A stretch of 64,000 bases of DNA from a virus. The notes under the pieces were generated by a model. That model was given only the letters and a program-made list of their open reading frames with translations, made no database searches and was not told the DNA's origin. Location of the stretch: UHGV virus genome UHGV-0371537; one strand, given 5' to 3'. Below are positions 46,180 to 55,900 of this stretch, piece after piece (position 1 is the first letter of the stretch; each line of letters starts with the position of its first letter). Position numbers and translations under genes: made by a program.

Positions 46180-46208
46180 AAGCCCAGTCAAGTACTGGGC
46201 TTTTTAAT
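46180..46208 (+). terminator. rho-independent terminator
   Basis: GCCCAGT-caagt-ACTGGGC hairpin followed by TTTTT. Confidence 0.65.
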
Positions 46209-46217
46209 TTCAATAAC

Positions 46218-46246
46218 TTTACTTTCAAGAATAAAGCGCCTATTAT
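46218..46246 (+). promoter_or_regulatory. sigma70-like early promoter TTTACT-N17-TATTAT
   Basis: -35 TTTACT (46218-46223), 17-bp spacer, -10 TATTAT (46241-46246). Confidence 0.55.
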
Positions 46247-46289
46247 TTAATCTCTATTGAAGAGTTGTTACTAAATCATGAGGCTGGAA

Positions 46290-47483
46290 ATGAACGCCAA
46301 AACATTCAACATTCCGATCGACAATGAAGGGCTAGTGGTTGAGCGACTGAAAAAGCTCGAGCGCACTGCTGTCCGTCTGGGTGTACCATTCCCGACTGTG
46401 ACTTATGGTGAACCCTTCAAGACCCACACCCGTGACTTCACTGGTGAGATCCTCACTCACTGGTGGAAGCCCGTCACCCTCGAAGGTGAAGGCATTGACC
46501 GCCCGGTGTCATACGGTGGTTGGAAAATCATTGGTCAGTTCAATCACGAATACCCAAAGGTCATTCTGAACCGACTGTCCGACAATATCAATGCTGACTT
46601 CATCCGTCGCTTCGAGACAGAGAATGTCTCTTGGTGCCAGCATTGCAACCTGCTCATCAATCGCAAGAACACATATGTGATTGAAAACGAGGAAACGCAC
46701 ACTCAGATGCTGATCGGCAGCACCTGCATGCATCATTATGTGCCTCATCAGAAGTCCCTTGACGCGATCATGTCTTACTATCTGGGAATCCAGGAGTTCT
46801 TCATGCCGGATGAAGATGATCCAGAGGGCATCTATCGCGTTCGTAACGAACAATTCACAGATACCCACAATTACCTGCGTGCGTGCTTCCAGGTGATGCT
46901 GTCTGGCGTAGACATCAAGTCTGAACTATTTGACAAAGTCCTGGGCTATGTCCGGTCTTATCAGAAACCAAAAGCAGGTTCCGATGAAGAGCATTTCGTA
47001 TACAAGGCACACGAGTACCGTGAAGACGCCGAGTCAGAAATGTACCACATGAAGCTCTTCATCAGTGCGCTGTCTGAATCCAATGAATTCAACGTTCGCC
47101 TGAAACGCATGTGTGAACCGGGCTACCACCTGATCAAGGACGATAACACAGTCCGCTGGGGTGCCAAGAAGTATTACGATTACATCCATCGCCCTCGCGC
47201 CGACCGCAAGACAGAGAACAAATGGGTGGGCGAAGTCGGGGAGATGCTGGAAGTACAAGTCAGGTTCGACAAGCGCGTCTTCCTCTTCTCCAATGAATAC
47301 GGTGACAGCTACCTGTTTACTTTCAAAACAGTAGAAGGCAATACAATTACCTGGAAGACCTCTTGTATGGATACAGAGTTCTTGCAGGGCGATATGATCA
47401 TCCGTGGTCGTGTCAAAGAACTGACTGAGTACAACGGTGTTAAACAAACTCAGGTCACCCGAGCCAAATTGAGGAAATTATGA
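46290..47483 (+). CDS. hypothetical protein (Cys/His-rich centre)
   Basis: ATG 46290 (MNAKTF...); no confident family. Confidence 0.5.
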   Translation: MNAKTFNIPIDNEGLVVERLKKLERTAVRLGVPFPTVTYGEPFKTHTRDFTGEILTHWWKPVTLEGEGIDRPVSYGGWKIIGQFNHEYPKVILNRLSDNINADFIRRFETENVSWCQHCNLLINRKNTYVIENEETHTQMLIGSTCMHHYVPHQKSLDAIMSYYLGIQEFFMPDEDDPEGIYRVRNEQFTDTHNYLRACFQVMLSGVDIKSELFDKVLGYVRSYQKPKAGSDEEHFVYKAHEYREDAESEMYHMKLFISALSESNEFNVRLKRMCEPGYHLIKDDNTVRWGAKKYYDYIHRPRADRKTENKWVGEVGEMLEVQVRFDKRVFLFSNEYGDSYLFTFKTVEGNTITWKTSCMDTEFLQGDMIIRGRVKELTEYNGVKQTQVTRAKLRKL

Positions 47484-47593
47484 ATTTGATTGAGTTTGTT
47501 CTGAAGTCGTTCGCCTTTGGTCTGATAGCATGCGGAGTGATTACAGCTATGCTTGTCATCATAGCTCTGATCATCCCCTTTAAGAGGAAATAG
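47480..47593 (+). CDS. small hydrophobic peptide (37 aa), not in ORF track
   Basis: ATGA overlap with upstream stop; MNLIEFVLKSFAFGLIACGVITAMLVIIALIIPFKRK is a single TM helix. Confidence 0.3.
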   Translation: MNLIEFVLKSFAFGLIACGVITAMLVIIALIIPFKRK

Positions 47594-47595
47594 AG

Positions 47596-47757
47596 ATGAA
47601 ACGTGAAATCATGGATGTGTATGATCCAGGGTCTTGTTGTCCCGGTCATGACAAGTATCCATCCGATACTTACAAGAATCGACGTTCCAAAGCGCAACGC
47701 TCCAAGAGTATTAAGAAGGAGCATCGCCACGCTCGTCGTGTAAGCGTCTGGGGCTGA
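47596..47757 (+). CDS. small basic protein (53 aa), not in ORF track
   Basis: AAGAGGAAA SD; MKREIMDVYDPGSCCPGHDKY... with Arg/Lys-rich tail. Confidence 0.3.
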   Translation: MKREIMDVYDPGSCCPGHDKYPSDTYKNRRSKAQRSKSIKKEHRHARRVSVWG

Positions 47758-47794
47758 AAGCTGGCCTGAATACCATTACGTGGGAGGACTTTTG

Positions 47795-48007
47795 ATGGAA
47801 TGTTCATGCGGAGGGCAGGGCACAAGTGCTTACCTGCCATTTACCACCGTGAAGGAAGCCGAAGCCGCCGGGTTTGCCGTGGACAAGGCTCCCTGTGTAA
47901 TCGCCACGAAGGATTGCCCGTGCTGTAAGAGGCACTCTCAGGACGTCTTCTACGCCCCTGACGCGCGCCCAGCTACGGTCAACCTGCTTTCACTGATGAG
48001 GAAGTGA
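47795..48007 (+). CDS. small Cys-rich protein
   Basis: GGGAGGA SD; MECSCGG...CVIATKDCPCCKRH (putative metal-binding). Confidence 0.3.
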   Translation: MECSCGGQGTSAYLPFTTVKEAEAAGFAVDKAPCVIATKDCPCCKRHSQDVFYAPDARPATVNLLSLMRK

Positions 48008-48069
48008 AATGCGCAAGTATTTCAACTGGTTGTTGGCAAGATCCCGCAGCCAATAATCTATTGAAGTCC

Positions 48070-48102
48070 CCAGGGTTATAATAGCAACACATATAACCCT
48101 GG
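48070..48102 (+). repeat. palindrome CCAGGGTTATA-N11-TATAACCCTGG overlapping ligase SD
   Basis: 11-bp perfect inverted repeat; left arm contains TATAAT (48077-48082), right arm abuts SD GGAG (48101-48104). Confidence 0.5.
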
Positions 48103-48111
48103 AGACATTAC

Positions 48112-49536
48112 ATGATCCCTATCCTTGCAACAGTTCACCGACTTCGAGAAGCCAAAGGCAGCAATGCGAAGAAATCTGTGTTGACCGAAGCGTTCAAGAA
48201 TTGTCCAGACATGGCAGACTTCCTGCAATACGTCTATGACCCAATGACGTCGTTCTATCGGACCGAGTTGAAGCTCAGCGCGTATCCTCGCATGCTCGTC
48301 CGTGAGAAGACTGATGACATCAGCGAAGTCTATGACGTCCTCGATCAGATGGCGCAGCGTCTTGTCGGTGGTCAAAAGGCTGATGCCCTGCTGGCCTCTG
48401 TTGCTCTGAAGATGGACCCACAGTACCACGAACTCATTCAGATGATCCTGGACCGTGATATCAAGGCGGGTATTGCTGAGAAGGGCATCAACGCTGCATT
48501 CAACGCTGCTGGGGGTACAGGTCGCCTGATCAACATTCTTCCGTATCATCGTTATGACAACATGACGATTGACCTGCTGAAGAAGATGGACTTCAAGCGC
48601 GGTGTCTACAGCCAGCTGAAGTCAGACGGTATGTTCGCCAACATCATCTGTCGGTACAACAAAGAGCCTGAGATTCGCTCACGCTCCGGTTCCCTTATCG
48701 CAGGCGGTTCGGTCGACAATCTGTCACTGGTGTTCAAGGACATCATCTATGATACGGGGATTGGTGAGAGTGTATTCCATGGTGAACTGCTCGTTGTTGA
48801 CCTCAAGTCGAATTCTATCCTACCTCGCGCTGTCGGCAACGGTAAACTCAATAGCGTGATTCAGACTGGCGAACCCCTGGAAGATCGTTATCAGGTGATC
48901 TACCGGGTGTGGGATGTCGTACCTTATGAGAAGTGGTTCAACGCCGAGCGCGTGGGCACCCCGTATGAGCGCCGCTTCGATATCATCCAGCAACTGTTTT
49001 ACGAAGACGATGGTCTGGTGCAGGTGCAGGAAACTCGTGTTGTTCACTCATTTGCCGAAGCCGTCGACCACTTCAAAGACGCGCTGGCTCGTAAAGAAGA
49101 AGGCACGATCTGTAAGGCTGCTGACATGCCGTGGGAAGACGGGACTTCCTCGGAAGGTCTGAAGCTGAAGATGGAAGTGGAGTGCGACCTTGAAATTGTT
49201 GGTTTCAACGAGGCCGACAAGAAAGGCAAACACGCCAAGACCTTTGGCTCACTGCTTTGTAAGACTTCCGATGGCTTGCTTGTTGTTGGCGTCTCAGGGA
49301 TCTCAGATGAGCTGAGACTCCGTATGTGGGAGAACCAAGGCGACTACATTGGCAAGATCGCCGCAGTGCTCTCCAATGGCGTGCAGGATAAGACAGACGA
49401 TGCACTGAAGTCGCTGTTCCTGCCTCGCCTTGCTGAAATTCGTATTGACAAGAAAGTGGCCAACACGCTGGATGAAGTCTATGCGATTCAGAAAGCATAC
49501 ATCGAAAACATCGTATTCCTGTTGGAGTCTGCATAA
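48112..49536 (+). CDS. ATP-dependent DNA ligase (T4 gp30-like)
   Basis: Adenylation motif KSDG (QLKSDGMF), 474 aa. Confidence 0.8.
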   Translation: MIPILATVHRLREAKGSNAKKSVLTEAFKNCPDMADFLQYVYDPMTSFYRTELKLSAYPRMLVREKTDDISEVYDVLDQMAQRLVGGQKADALLASVALKMDPQYHELIQMILDRDIKAGIAEKGINAAFNAAGGTGRLINILPYHRYDNMTIDLLKKMDFKRGVYSQLKSDGMFANIICRYNKEPEIRSRSGSLIAGGSVDNLSLVFKDIIYDTGIGESVFHGELLVVDLKSNSILPRAVGNGKLNSVIQTGEPLEDRYQVIYRVWDVVPYEKWFNAERVGTPYERRFDIIQQLFYEDDGLVQVQETRVVHSFAEAVDHFKDALARKEEGTICKAADMPWEDGTSSEGLKLKMEVECDLEIVGFNEADKKGKHAKTFGSLLCKTSDGLLVVGVSGISDELRLRMWENQGDYIGKIAAVLSNGVQDKTDDALKSLFLPRLAEIRIDKKVANTLDEVYAIQKAYIENIVFLLESA

Positions 49537-49751
49537 TGAAAGTGTATTTGCTGCAGTATCATGATGGGTGTGACGGTCTACAGGTTCAATCCGTGTCCGG
49601 GACGCCAGAGGCCGCCCAAAACTCCTTTCTTGAGAAAGCAGAGGCCTGGGGATTTACCCCAAAAGTGGCGACCCAGCATTTCAGTATTGAGATCTGGGAC
49701 ACAGAGACGGGTTGTTATGTTGATGACCTGAAAATCGAACTGAAGGGGTGA
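49536..49751 (+). CDS. hypothetical small protein
   Basis: Start overlaps ligase stop. Confidence 0.35.
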   Translation: MKVYLLQYHDGCDGLQVQSVSGTPEAAQNSFLEKAEAWGFTPKVATQHFSIEIWDTETGCYVDDLKIELKG

Positions 49752-49755
49752 TCTG

Positions 49756-50013
49756 ATGGACGAGCTATTCGCATTGGTGTGGTCATTAACGTTCTTGCTG
49801 TCCCTGGTTGTCAGCTCGCTTGTGATGGTGCTGGTGTGGATAGCTATTCCCGACATTAAGAACCACAGGGTGCTCATTGCCGTGATGATCCTCGGCCTGA
49901 GCACTTCCCTTACTCTTCACTATTCCAAACAGGAGTATAATCCTGACAAACATTACAAGACATTAGCGGAACGATATCATGATTTCAAAACTTCGAGAAG
50001 TCAAGGAAAATAA
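49756..50013 (+). CDS. small membrane protein
   Basis: Two hydrophobic segments. Confidence 0.35.
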   Translation: MDELFALVWSLTFLLSLVVSSLVMVLVWIAIPDIKNHRVLIAVMILGLSTSLTLHYSKQEYNPDKHYKTLAERYHDFKTSRSQGK

Positions 50014-50320
50014 TGACTCTCTGTTCCTATTGAAATTCTTGAAGATGATGGGGATGAACCAGAGCGCATTGACCAGGGCGTTGTCGTGCTCTAACGTGGT
50101 GAACCATTGGGCGATGGGTTATCGCCAGATTCCTGTTTCCTTCAAGCGGTTCATGCTGGTGTTGCGGTTTATTCACGAACTGGACCTCATGCCAGAGTTG
50201 ATGAAATACATCAAACACCATGAATCCGAGGGCTGGGGGTCTTCTGATATCAAGGAGACCAACTGGCTGAAACTAAACGATGTAGACACTGGGCGAAATA
50301 AGAGGAAGCGCGAATGCTGA
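49979..50320 (+). CDS. hypothetical protein
   Basis: ORF overlapping neighbours. Confidence 0.35.
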   Translation: MISKLREVKENNDSLFLLKFLKMMGMNQSALTRALSCSNVVNHWAMGYRQIPVSFKRFMLVLRFIHELDLMPELMKYIKHHESEGWGSSDIKETNWLKLNDVDTGRNKRKREC

Positions 50321-50973
50321 CAGAGTGGCAGAAGATGGAATATGAACGGGCATTCAACGTTTACTGCGTCTTCATGGCGATCAAGCTACACTTCACCACC
50401 AAGGACTTCGACTACAGCTTGTATGGACCGATGAACTACAAGTTCGAGACGTTCTTGGCGAAGGAAGCCGTGTGCAAACAGTTTGCTCGCCTTGCCCGTC
50501 GGTTCGAGTCATCACAGGGTGAGGTGGTGGAGAACTACATCATTGCCAACTTCATCAAATCACCCAAGACCTGGGTCACGACATTGCTTACCCGCCAGGC
50601 GCAATCGAATTATGATGAATACCGCAAGTTGTATGAAAACTTCACGTATAACTTCCTTGAGGAGTTCGAGCGGGAGATGATCCCGGCTATCAAAGAGCGC
50701 AACCTGACGTTCATTGATTATGTAAAGGGTACAGGCCAGGGGCACCCGGCGCTGCTAACAGACATCATCACCAAGCGATTCCCGATGTGGTTCCTGGTAG
50801 GGCTGAATAAGATCGTGGGGTTCATCCATCTGTATGACACAAATCTGCGGGAGGATATCTACTGGAACTCTAAGGCATTCCTGCTCAGGAAGACTAATGC
50901 TGTGGTTCCTGATGATGACACAACATACTCGAAAGTGAAACTCCGTGAGCTAATCCAAGCCCACGGAATCTAA
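50314..50973 (+). CDS. hypothetical protein, possibly gp59-like helicase loader
   Basis: 219 aa, similar in size to gp59 (217 aa) with weak N-terminal resemblance; tentative. Confidence 0.3.
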   Translation: MLTEWQKMEYERAFNVYCVFMAIKLHFTTKDFDYSLYGPMNYKFETFLAKEAVCKQFARLARRFESSQGEVVENYIIANFIKSPKTWVTTLLTRQAQSNYDEYRKLYENFTYNFLEEFEREMIPAIKERNLTFIDYVKGTGQGHPALLTDIITKRFPMWFLVGLNKIVGFIHLYDTNLREDIYWNSKAFLLRKTNAVVPDDDTTYSKVKLRELIQAHGI

Positions 50974-52926
50974 TCACCATTCCCAGAGGATTCGACCAGT
51001 GTCTGTCTTATTGGTCGGCTCCAGGCTGTTGCTGTTGAAGTTGTTTGTCGTGCTGACCTTCTTGGATGCATCGACGTTCTGTTGCACAGGCATGACAACG
51101 CTTGCCGGAGGCGGAGCGTATCCACCCTGAACCTGCTCAATGTTGGATAGCGCTCTGCCTTGTGTTGGCATGGCCGCCCCCAGGGAACCCCCGCCGATGG
51201 ACCCATACGCTTCTTTCAACTGCGAGGTGCGATCATCAGTCACATTCTTGTAATCTGAGGACACAACAGATGGCATCGGGGTCAGCGTTTGTGGATCGAT
51301 GTTTGGCTGAGGCGGAATTTGCGGCTGGCTCTCAGCAGGTGTGTTCGGTGAAGGATTTTCATCCACACCAATCTGCATCGACTTGCGCGCTTCATCCATC
51401 TTCTGCTTCGCCGCCTGGCCGCCGAGAGCGTCTGGAATAATACCGACAAACTTGTCCACTATGTCAAACATGGCGTTTGTGATAGCATTCAGCATATTGA
51501 AGAACGGTTTCTTCACGTTCTCGGCGAATCCTTTTTTGATATCATCAATCACTTTGTTGGCGACACCGATACCTTCGTCAACAAAAGAACTGATACCTCC
51601 AGATATCCAATCCACGAGTTTCATCAGTTCTGATTGAAGATTGTCCGCCAGTTTACCAGGAATATCCGTGAGCGACGTATTCCTGGTAATACCCGCAAAG
51701 AGATCGTTACTAATCCAGTCTACAATACCATTCAGCCAGCGAGCGGGAGCCTCAGTAAGCATGAGAGTGTATTTCCGCAGGGTTTCTCCAGCCTCTGTGT
51801 CGAAGCCAAAGATCTTGGACACCCAATCAAATAGGTCACCAAATCCGCCCACCAGTTCTGATATCCCAGCCCGGACGCGGTCAACTATGGTCACAGCACC
51901 CTTACCCAAGATCTCTTTAGCATTGATGAACCCTTTGCCGAAGTCCCAGATCATAGAGAGTAGAGCTAATGGACCAACTTTCAGGAATTTGAACACCTTC
52001 CCAAATGGACCCAGCAGTTTGGTGATACCTTCTCCCAGCTTGCCAAACATGCCGAAGAACACTCCGAGAACTTTGCCGATAGCCGAGAATGGCTTTAGCA
52101 GAAATCCTTTCAGAGCGTTCAGGCCGAGCATTGCGGCCACTGCCGCGCCAATCCCGGAAGAATCATCTTTCTGGTCATCATCTTTCGGGATGACGGATCC
52201 AGCCTGTGGATGCCCGCCAATCTCTTTATCTGTTTCACCCCGGCGCATTTCTTCTTTTTCTCGTGACTTCTCATCACCTTCAAAAATGCGAGTCAGAGCG
52301 CTAACGATGTGACCGCCGACGCGACCGATTTTACTCTCAATGCTGGATAAGCGGACGAGACTCTCTTCAGAATTCTTCTTGACATCGGCAGTGTCATCTC
52401 GTATCTCTATGAGTACGCCGTCCATCATATTCAAGAATGAACCCACACGTACCAAAGACAACCCCTGTTCATCCATACGCTTCAAAGAATCGTCATTCGC
52501 CGACTTGAGCTGGTCTGAAATCAGGTTCAGGTATTCCAGAGACGTGTCATCCGTAGGCATGCGTGTGATATCACCCAGGCGATCAATCTTGCCTGCAATG
52601 TTCTCCAGTTCGCGATTACCTTCGGCACTGAGGTCTGTGGTGTCTTTCATCCACACACCGAAGTCCCTGGTGAAGATAGGAGACATGCGCGAGAAACCCG
52701 ACACAATCTCAGCGACAGTCGGGATACGGATCTCAAACGGTTTTTCAGCCGCTTTCTTATCCTGTTTGGAGGCCGACTCCAGCTTGGAGAGATTCTTGTT
52801 CATCCTCTCCAGTTGTTTGTTGGTCTCGTTCTGAGCACGGAGTTGCTTGCGCTGCATCATCTCCGTTTTGATTTTGTCCAGAACTTTGACCACATCGGCC
52901 TGTGAGTTCTCTGCCGGATCTGCCAT
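50974..52926 (-). CDS. tail tape-measure/baseplate hub protein (gp29-like)
   Basis: 650 aa, coiled-coil-rich with Gly-rich hydrophobic segment (GIGAAVAAMLGLNALKG...FGMFGKLGEG); in baseplate operon. Confidence 0.5.
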   Translation of the reverse strand: MADPAENSQADVVKVLDKIKTEMMQRKQLRAQNETNKQLERMNKNLSKLESASKQDKKAAEKPFEIRIPTVAEIVSGFSRMSPIFTRDFGVWMKDTTDLSAEGNRELENIAGKIDRLGDITRMPTDDTSLEYLNLISDQLKSANDDSLKRMDEQGLSLVRVGSFLNMMDGVLIEIRDDTADVKKNSEESLVRLSSIESKIGRVGGHIVSALTRIFEGDEKSREKEEMRRGETDKEIGGHPQAGSVIPKDDDQKDDSSGIGAAVAAMLGLNALKGFLLKPFSAIGKVLGVFFGMFGKLGEGITKLLGPFGKVFKFLKVGPLALLSMIWDFGKGFINAKEILGKGAVTIVDRVRAGISELVGGFGDLFDWVSKIFGFDTEAGETLRKYTLMLTEAPARWLNGIVDWISNDLFAGITRNTSLTDIPGKLADNLQSELMKLVDWISGGISSFVDEGIGVANKVIDDIKKGFAENVKKPFFNMLNAITNAMFDIVDKFVGIIPDALGGQAAKQKMDEARKSMQIGVDENPSPNTPAESQPQIPPQPNIDPQTLTPMPSVVSSDYKNVTDDRTSQLKEAYGSIGGGSLGAAMPTQGRALSNIEQVQGGYAPPPASVVMPVQQNVDASKKVSTTNNFNSNSLEPTNKTDTGRILWEW

Positions 52927-52939
52927 GATTCACCTCATA

Positions 52940-54328
52940 TTAAACTTTCTGAGACTGCCCTTTTTCAATCGGCTTGGGAGTCGTTGTTGAAGCGGTGGTC
53001 TGATTTGTTTGTGGTGGTAGCACCTGCTCCAACATACTGTCTTTGGCGATTTCAGCGATGCACTGATAATCTTTGGTCAGTCTAGATATCTTGTGACGAA
53101 CCTTGGTCACGATATAATGACCTGTCGATAGCTTACTTAACTCTGCCAGGTTTTCATTCTTCTTGGGGCGATTAGACTGGTCTTCGATATAGAATACACG
53201 ACCAACATTCAGGCGGTTGTCTCCCACTAACAACAGACGCATCGCAGTACTGCCAAGGCTGAAGTTTATCACCCGGCGCGCATAATCAATCTGCTCTGCG
53301 CCGTCCGGTTGGGCTTCAATATAACGAACGTTTTGGCGATCAAATTCGTCAGAGAACATTGGATATGGGTCCAGGTGGGCTGTCTCTGCAAACCACTCAG
53401 TGTAGATGCGCTGTGTCGGCGTTACTGTCTTGGTCTCAAAATCATAGACGCGTTCGTTTACCGCCAAGATGTCGCGGTAGTTGGCCATGTACTGGTCACG
53501 CGCCAGCTTCTTCTCTGCCTTGATGATCGTGCGCATGAAGCGCTCAGAGTTGAAGTTGTTATCCTGCATGAGTGGGGCGTCTTGAGGATCACGGAATAAT
53601 TTGTTCTGTTGAGCCAGCTCTTGCTTCTCTTCGGCCGTCAATGACTGGCTGCCCTGATTGAACAGAGTGGTCAGGCTCTTGAAGTGGTAGCCGTTGAAGT
53701 CTTCATAGAACACAAATGGCATGAACAACTCATCATAGGAACGGCTGGCCATGTAGTCGATAGAACGTAGCACAGGCCAGAGAGGGGTTGCGAATCTCTC
53801 TTGAATACCATATGTTGGGTCTATGTCTTCGAACTTCGTGCGCGACTCCAGCTGATTGAAGATGGTGAGCGCCATCTCGGAGTAGGAACCACTCAGCCCA
53901 ATAGAACAACGGATCATGCTGTCCTTGTAGGCATCAGTTGTCACGAGGTGAAGCCAGAATGCCTTCTTGGACGAACTGTTGGATTCATCGGCCACGCGCC
54001 CTACCCGGCTGACTCGCAGGGAGAGAGTAGTGTACTCGGAAGCTGCTGGGCTCTTGAACGACACCACAACTTCTTCCCCACCCAGGATAGGCATTGTGTC
54101 CAGGATATCCCAACCTTCTTTGATCAGAATGTTGGCTGTCAGAGAAGGAGAGGCCTGACCCTCAAGACCCAGATCCTGGAAGACGTTGAATTCTTCAAAC
54201 AGCGCCGTCAGGTCATACGGCGTGGGTGTGCCGCCCTGTGGGGTGTGAGGAAGGATCGCCATGTACTTCAGGTCAAATGTTGTCGACGGTGTTACGATAC
54301 CGTCTTGGGTCTCTCTGTTTTCGATCAT
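52940..54328 (-). CDS. baseplate hub protein (gp27-like), putative
   Basis: 462 aa late-strand gene between gp28-like and gp29-like ORFs; weak resemblance. Confidence 0.4.
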   Translation of the reverse strand: MIENRETQDGIVTPSTTFDLKYMAILPHTPQGGTPTPYDLTALFEEFNVFQDLGLEGQASPSLTANILIKEGWDILDTMPILGGEEVVVSFKSPAASEYTTLSLRVSRVGRVADESNSSSKKAFWLHLVTTDAYKDSMIRCSIGLSGSYSEMALTIFNQLESRTKFEDIDPTYGIQERFATPLWPVLRSIDYMASRSYDELFMPFVFYEDFNGYHFKSLTTLFNQGSQSLTAEEKQELAQQNKLFRDPQDAPLMQDNNFNSERFMRTIIKAEKKLARDQYMANYRDILAVNERVYDFETKTVTPTQRIYTEWFAETAHLDPYPMFSDEFDRQNVRYIEAQPDGAEQIDYARRVINFSLGSTAMRLLLVGDNRLNVGRVFYIEDQSNRPKKNENLAELSKLSTGHYIVTKVRHKISRLTKDYQCIAEIAKDSMLEQVLPPQTNQTTASTTTPKPIEKGQSQKV

Positions 54329-54879
54329 TTCGCCAACTCCTGCTCAAGCTGATTCACGAAGCTGGATACATAATCCGGATCCAGAACTTTGATGGATCTC
54401 TTGGCTTCGTTCTTGCTGATTGCGTCATCATGATATGAAACTGCCGTCAGACCATAGTTAGCAATGATGGACGGCTCATCCAGATCAAGTCCATATGCGA
54501 ATTTGATCGCTCGAGCGTCAGTTACGTTGTTGAACTGGTCTACATAATAGGCAGTATCCCACATTCCATCAATGCCATAATCTGCCATCAATTCTTCAAC
54601 GATGCGCTGTTCTGGTTTTGGCCAATCCTTGTTGATATCCATAATGCCATTGATCAGGCATGGTATCCAAAACAGCTCGAAGGAACCGTAGACACGCTCT
54701 GCAAATGACCTTGGGGTTTCCCCCTCTTGGACAGTATAAGGCAGGAGAAGTCCTTCGATGTCCTTAATTTTCTGTATGATCATGACCCGCCGAGTTAAGT
54801 TCTGCAGCAGTATAGTGTCTTGTTTCTGTGCATCCACCAACTGATGCCATACGAGCGGGAATTTCTCAAAATATTTCAT
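54325..54879 (-). CDS. baseplate component (gp28-like), putative
   Basis: 184 aa, translationally coupled within the baseplate operon. Confidence 0.3.
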   Translation of the reverse strand: MKYFEKFPLVWHQLVDAQKQDTILLQNLTRRVMIIQKIKDIEGLLLPYTVQEGETPRSFAERVYGSFELFWIPCLINGIMDINKDWPKPEQRIVEELMADYGIDGMWDTAYYVDQFNNVTDARAIKFAYGLDLDEPSIIANYGLTAVSYHDDAISKNEAKRSIKVLDPDYVSSFVNQLEQELAK

Positions 54880-54890
54880 GGCATCCTCTC

Positions 54891-55859
54891 TTAGAAGCTA
54901 TCACCTTCGGTGTCAAAGCGCCCTTTGTGCAGAGGCTCCAGTTCGATGAACGTCATGTCAACCTGTGTGGACACGATTCCATCGTCCTTGTGAACGGCGT
55001 ATGAACTGTCTGGTGTTTCGTTCACAAACATGTTCGACAGAACGCAGGTAGAAATGCGATGCAGCCATTGGTTACGTTCGCCATTGACCATGAAGGTGAT
55101 GTCAAATGTCGATGGGTGCAGATAGAACGCGCTGGAGTTCTTGTTGTACTTGTACTCTGGGTACATGTGCATCTTGAACAACCGGATGATCTCACGGACC
55201 ATCTTGGCTTCCTTTTGAGAGCGCGGTGTGAATTTAAACGTGAATGGGATCTCACGGTTGCGAACCCCCTGGAAGATCATCTCAACATAGGGGTTGGTCA
55301 TCGTGCCCGTGAACAACTCAAGGGTGTCATGGGCGTTAATGGTCGGTAGGAACGGGATAGACTCCGAAGCGGACTGGATTGCCTTGGTTGCCGCGAATCG
55401 ACCCATCTCCTTTCCGACGTTCAGAGCATCACCCAGCTTGAACTGAGTCATGTCCTGGGCGGCACGTGAAAGGAATTGTGCTCCCATACCAGCCAGTCCC
55501 AGCTCGCTGCCGTTCCAGCCAACACCATAGTTGGTTGTAATAGACTCTGGCATACACAGGACTATGGATTCGTTTGAACGAACGTGACGCGCCCAGGCAT
55601 ACTTGGTGATAGAACCGGACTTGGCTCCATAGACCACAGGAGTGTTCCCAATCGGGTTCTTGATCGGGTTCTCAACAGTCTGGGTAGCCGTGTCACCGTA
55701 AGATGAACCGGAGATGCGGTTGATGTTGAATAGGACATAGTGTCCGAGCGTTTTACCGCCCGTGACGTCCAGGGGATAAGCCAATTGCTTCTGAGCCTGG
55801 GACAATCCCTTCGTGTTCAGAACTTTGATCTTATCGATTGTCTTCTTGAAGTCGGCCAT
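54891..55859 (-). CDS. baseplate/tail-tube associated protein (gp48/gp54-like), putative
   Basis: 322 aa first gene of minus-strand late operon; late-promoter-like element upstream. Confidence 0.4.
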   Translation of the reverse strand: MADFKKTIDKIKVLNTKGLSQAQKQLAYPLDVTGGKTLGHYVLFNINRISGSSYGDTATQTVENPIKNPIGNTPVVYGAKSGSITKYAWARHVRSNESIVLCMPESITTNYGVGWNGSELGLAGMGAQFLSRAAQDMTQFKLGDALNVGKEMGRFAATKAIQSASESIPFLPTINAHDTLELFTGTMTNPYVEMIFQGVRNREIPFTFKFTPRSQKEAKMVREIIRLFKMHMYPEYKYNKNSSAFYLHPSTFDITFMVNGERNQWLHRISTCVLSNMFVNETPDSSYAVHKDDGIVSTQVDMTFIELEPLHKGRFDTEGDSF

Positions 55860-55870
55860 GGTCTCAGCCC

Positions 55871-55878
55871 TTAAATAG
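55871..55878 (+). promoter_or_regulatory. late promoter variant (TTAAATAG), plus strand
   Basis: TAAATA core about 31 nt upstream of ATG 55910. Confidence 0.45.
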
Positions 55879-55892
55879 ATAGAGTGTTATGG

Positions 55893-55900
55893 CTATTTAG
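55893..55900 (-). promoter_or_regulatory. late promoter variant (CTAAATAG), minus strand
   Basis: Reverse complement of CTATTTAG; about 33 nt upstream of start 55859; inverted-repeat partner of the plus-strand element. Confidence 0.45.

Noticed and set aside
50495-50510. tRNA T-loop-like string GGTTCGAGTC
   Set aside because: Lies inside a well-supported protein-coding frame (50314..50973) with no flanking acceptor or anticodon stem complementarity; no convincing tRNA found elsewhere by eye.
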